Shown here piece by piece: positions 50,851-52,112 of a DNA stretch of 52,112 nt. This stretch comes from Octopus bimaculoides (taxonomy: Eukaryota): NCBI RefSeq assembly GCF_001194135.2, contig NC_068985.1, positions 5,799,713 through 5,851,824 of the forward strand. Reading direction: 5' to 3'. A program made the translations under genes and the position numbers. The notes under the pieces were generated by a model that ran no database searches, was not told the origin of the DNA, and was given only the letters and a program-made list of their open reading frames with translations. How positions within the stretch are numbered: position 1 is the stretch's first letter; each line of letters begins with the position of its first letter.

Positions 50851-51625
50851 ACAATTTTATAGGCTTAATACAGCTTGAATTATCCAACTTGAAATCAGAC
50901 GCCTTATTTATTACCAACGAATATAGACATAACGGTGTGCAACAATTTTACATTATATACAATCTACGTACACGAGTGTTCGAGGATTTATGCGTATGTA
51001 CACGTAGATACATTCATGCACACCTACACAGACATACTGACATGCACACGTATATGTCTGTAGACACACACACATATGTATGTAGCTGCTTGGACATTCA
51101 CAGTTTGGGCGACCTAATCTCATCCACAGTTACGATATAATTTTCATTGGACATACGTATCAGGAAATCCGCAGTGTTTGTTTAGTTTACAATTGATGAC
51201 AGAAACGGAAGATGAATTTAGTGCGAATCATTATTCAGTACGTAATAATATTTATGGAGCCGTTTACCTATCTTTATATGCATAAATTAATATTTAAGAA
51301 TGTAGAGATAGGTAGACGCGTCCATATTGATTTGTGTGTATGCTAGCCCACCGATAAAAAGGAAAAGAAAACAGTAAAAGAAATATAAATATATACATTA
51401 ATATGCTTCTATGTATATAAATAAATGCTCGTTTACGTGTGTGTGTGTGTGTCCGGCAAAGCAACACACTAACGACCAGTCATCTATGACAGACTGGGGT
51501 ATCTGATACTCAGCAGGATGCAAGATAACATCTAAATGTCTGCCACTAATAAAGTCATCTTGATAGATTGCAACCACATAAAATGACGTCCAATTGGTGA
51601 CGTGTGCTTCCTTCAGTTTTCAACG

Positions 51626-51785
51626 GGCTTCTTTCAATTTCCGTCTACCAAATCCACTCGCCAGGCGCTGGTCGGTCCAAGGCCTTGATAGAAGACACTT
51701 TCCCGAGGTGCTACGCTGTGGGACTGAACCCGAAAATATGTGGTTGGAATCGAAGCTAACTTAACATACAACCAGGACTGCGCCT
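51626..51785 (-). mobile_element. SINE family A 5' half
   Basis: 'ttccgtctaccaaatccactc...gaagacactttcccgaggtgc...gggactgaacccg...ctgcgcct'. Confidence 0.85.
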
Positions 51786-51834
51786 ATATATATGTATATA
51801 TAAAACATCGTGAACTTGCGTGTGCGTATCTCTC

Positions 51835-51839
51835 AATCC

Positions 51840-51886
<47 letters not shown>

Positions 51887-51891
51887 CATCC

Positions 51892-51922
<31 letters not shown>

Positions 51923-51923
51923 C

Positions 51924-51971
<48 letters not shown>
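51835..51971. repeat. (TCTA)n tetranucleotide microsatellite with TCCA variants
   Basis: Directly visible. Confidence 0.97.
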
Positions 51972-51972
<1 letters not shown>

Positions 51973-52112
51973 AAAAACTCAGAGTTGATGGAATACATCA
52001 ACACAAAAACAAACATAACAAACGAAGACATAAAAACCAGCAACCACCCATACACAACACCGCCAGAACACATCAAAATACTACACATAACACCAACCCT
52101 GCACCACACACT

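Overview
AT-rich, repeat-dense eukaryotic DNA from a gapped draft assembly (8 N-gaps, most at microsatellites). The SINE repertoire looks like octopus/cephalopod; this is inferred from family recall, not a search. No complete protein-coding gene is supported, and the ORF track is mostly microsatellite, N-gap or degraded-transposon read-through. The window holds about 35 copies or fragments of three tRNA-headed SINE families (called A, B and C here). It also holds degraded R4/Dong-type, RTE, CR1 and L1/Tx1 retrotransposons, Penelope-like GIY-YIG remnants, a mariner remnant and two MITEs. Most notable: (1) A short non-coding repeat in three copies (3757-3925, 47757-47955, 47951-48060) carries a minimal type I hammerhead ribozyme. 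The ribozyme is intact at 47835-47880 (minus), its stem II shows a compensatory base-pair change between copies, and two copies form an inverted head-to-head pair. Penelope GIY-YIG remnants in the same window suggest a Penelope-dependent ribozyme-bearing non-autonomous element. (2) A near-perfect 72-73 bp GC-rich hairpin at 6622-6803 has an exact CAG|GTAAGT splice donor at its stem-loop junction and an open frame in one arm. It may be an exon paired with an intronic complementary sequence, or a fold-back artefact. (3) Isolated candidate exons near 49.75-50.2 kb.
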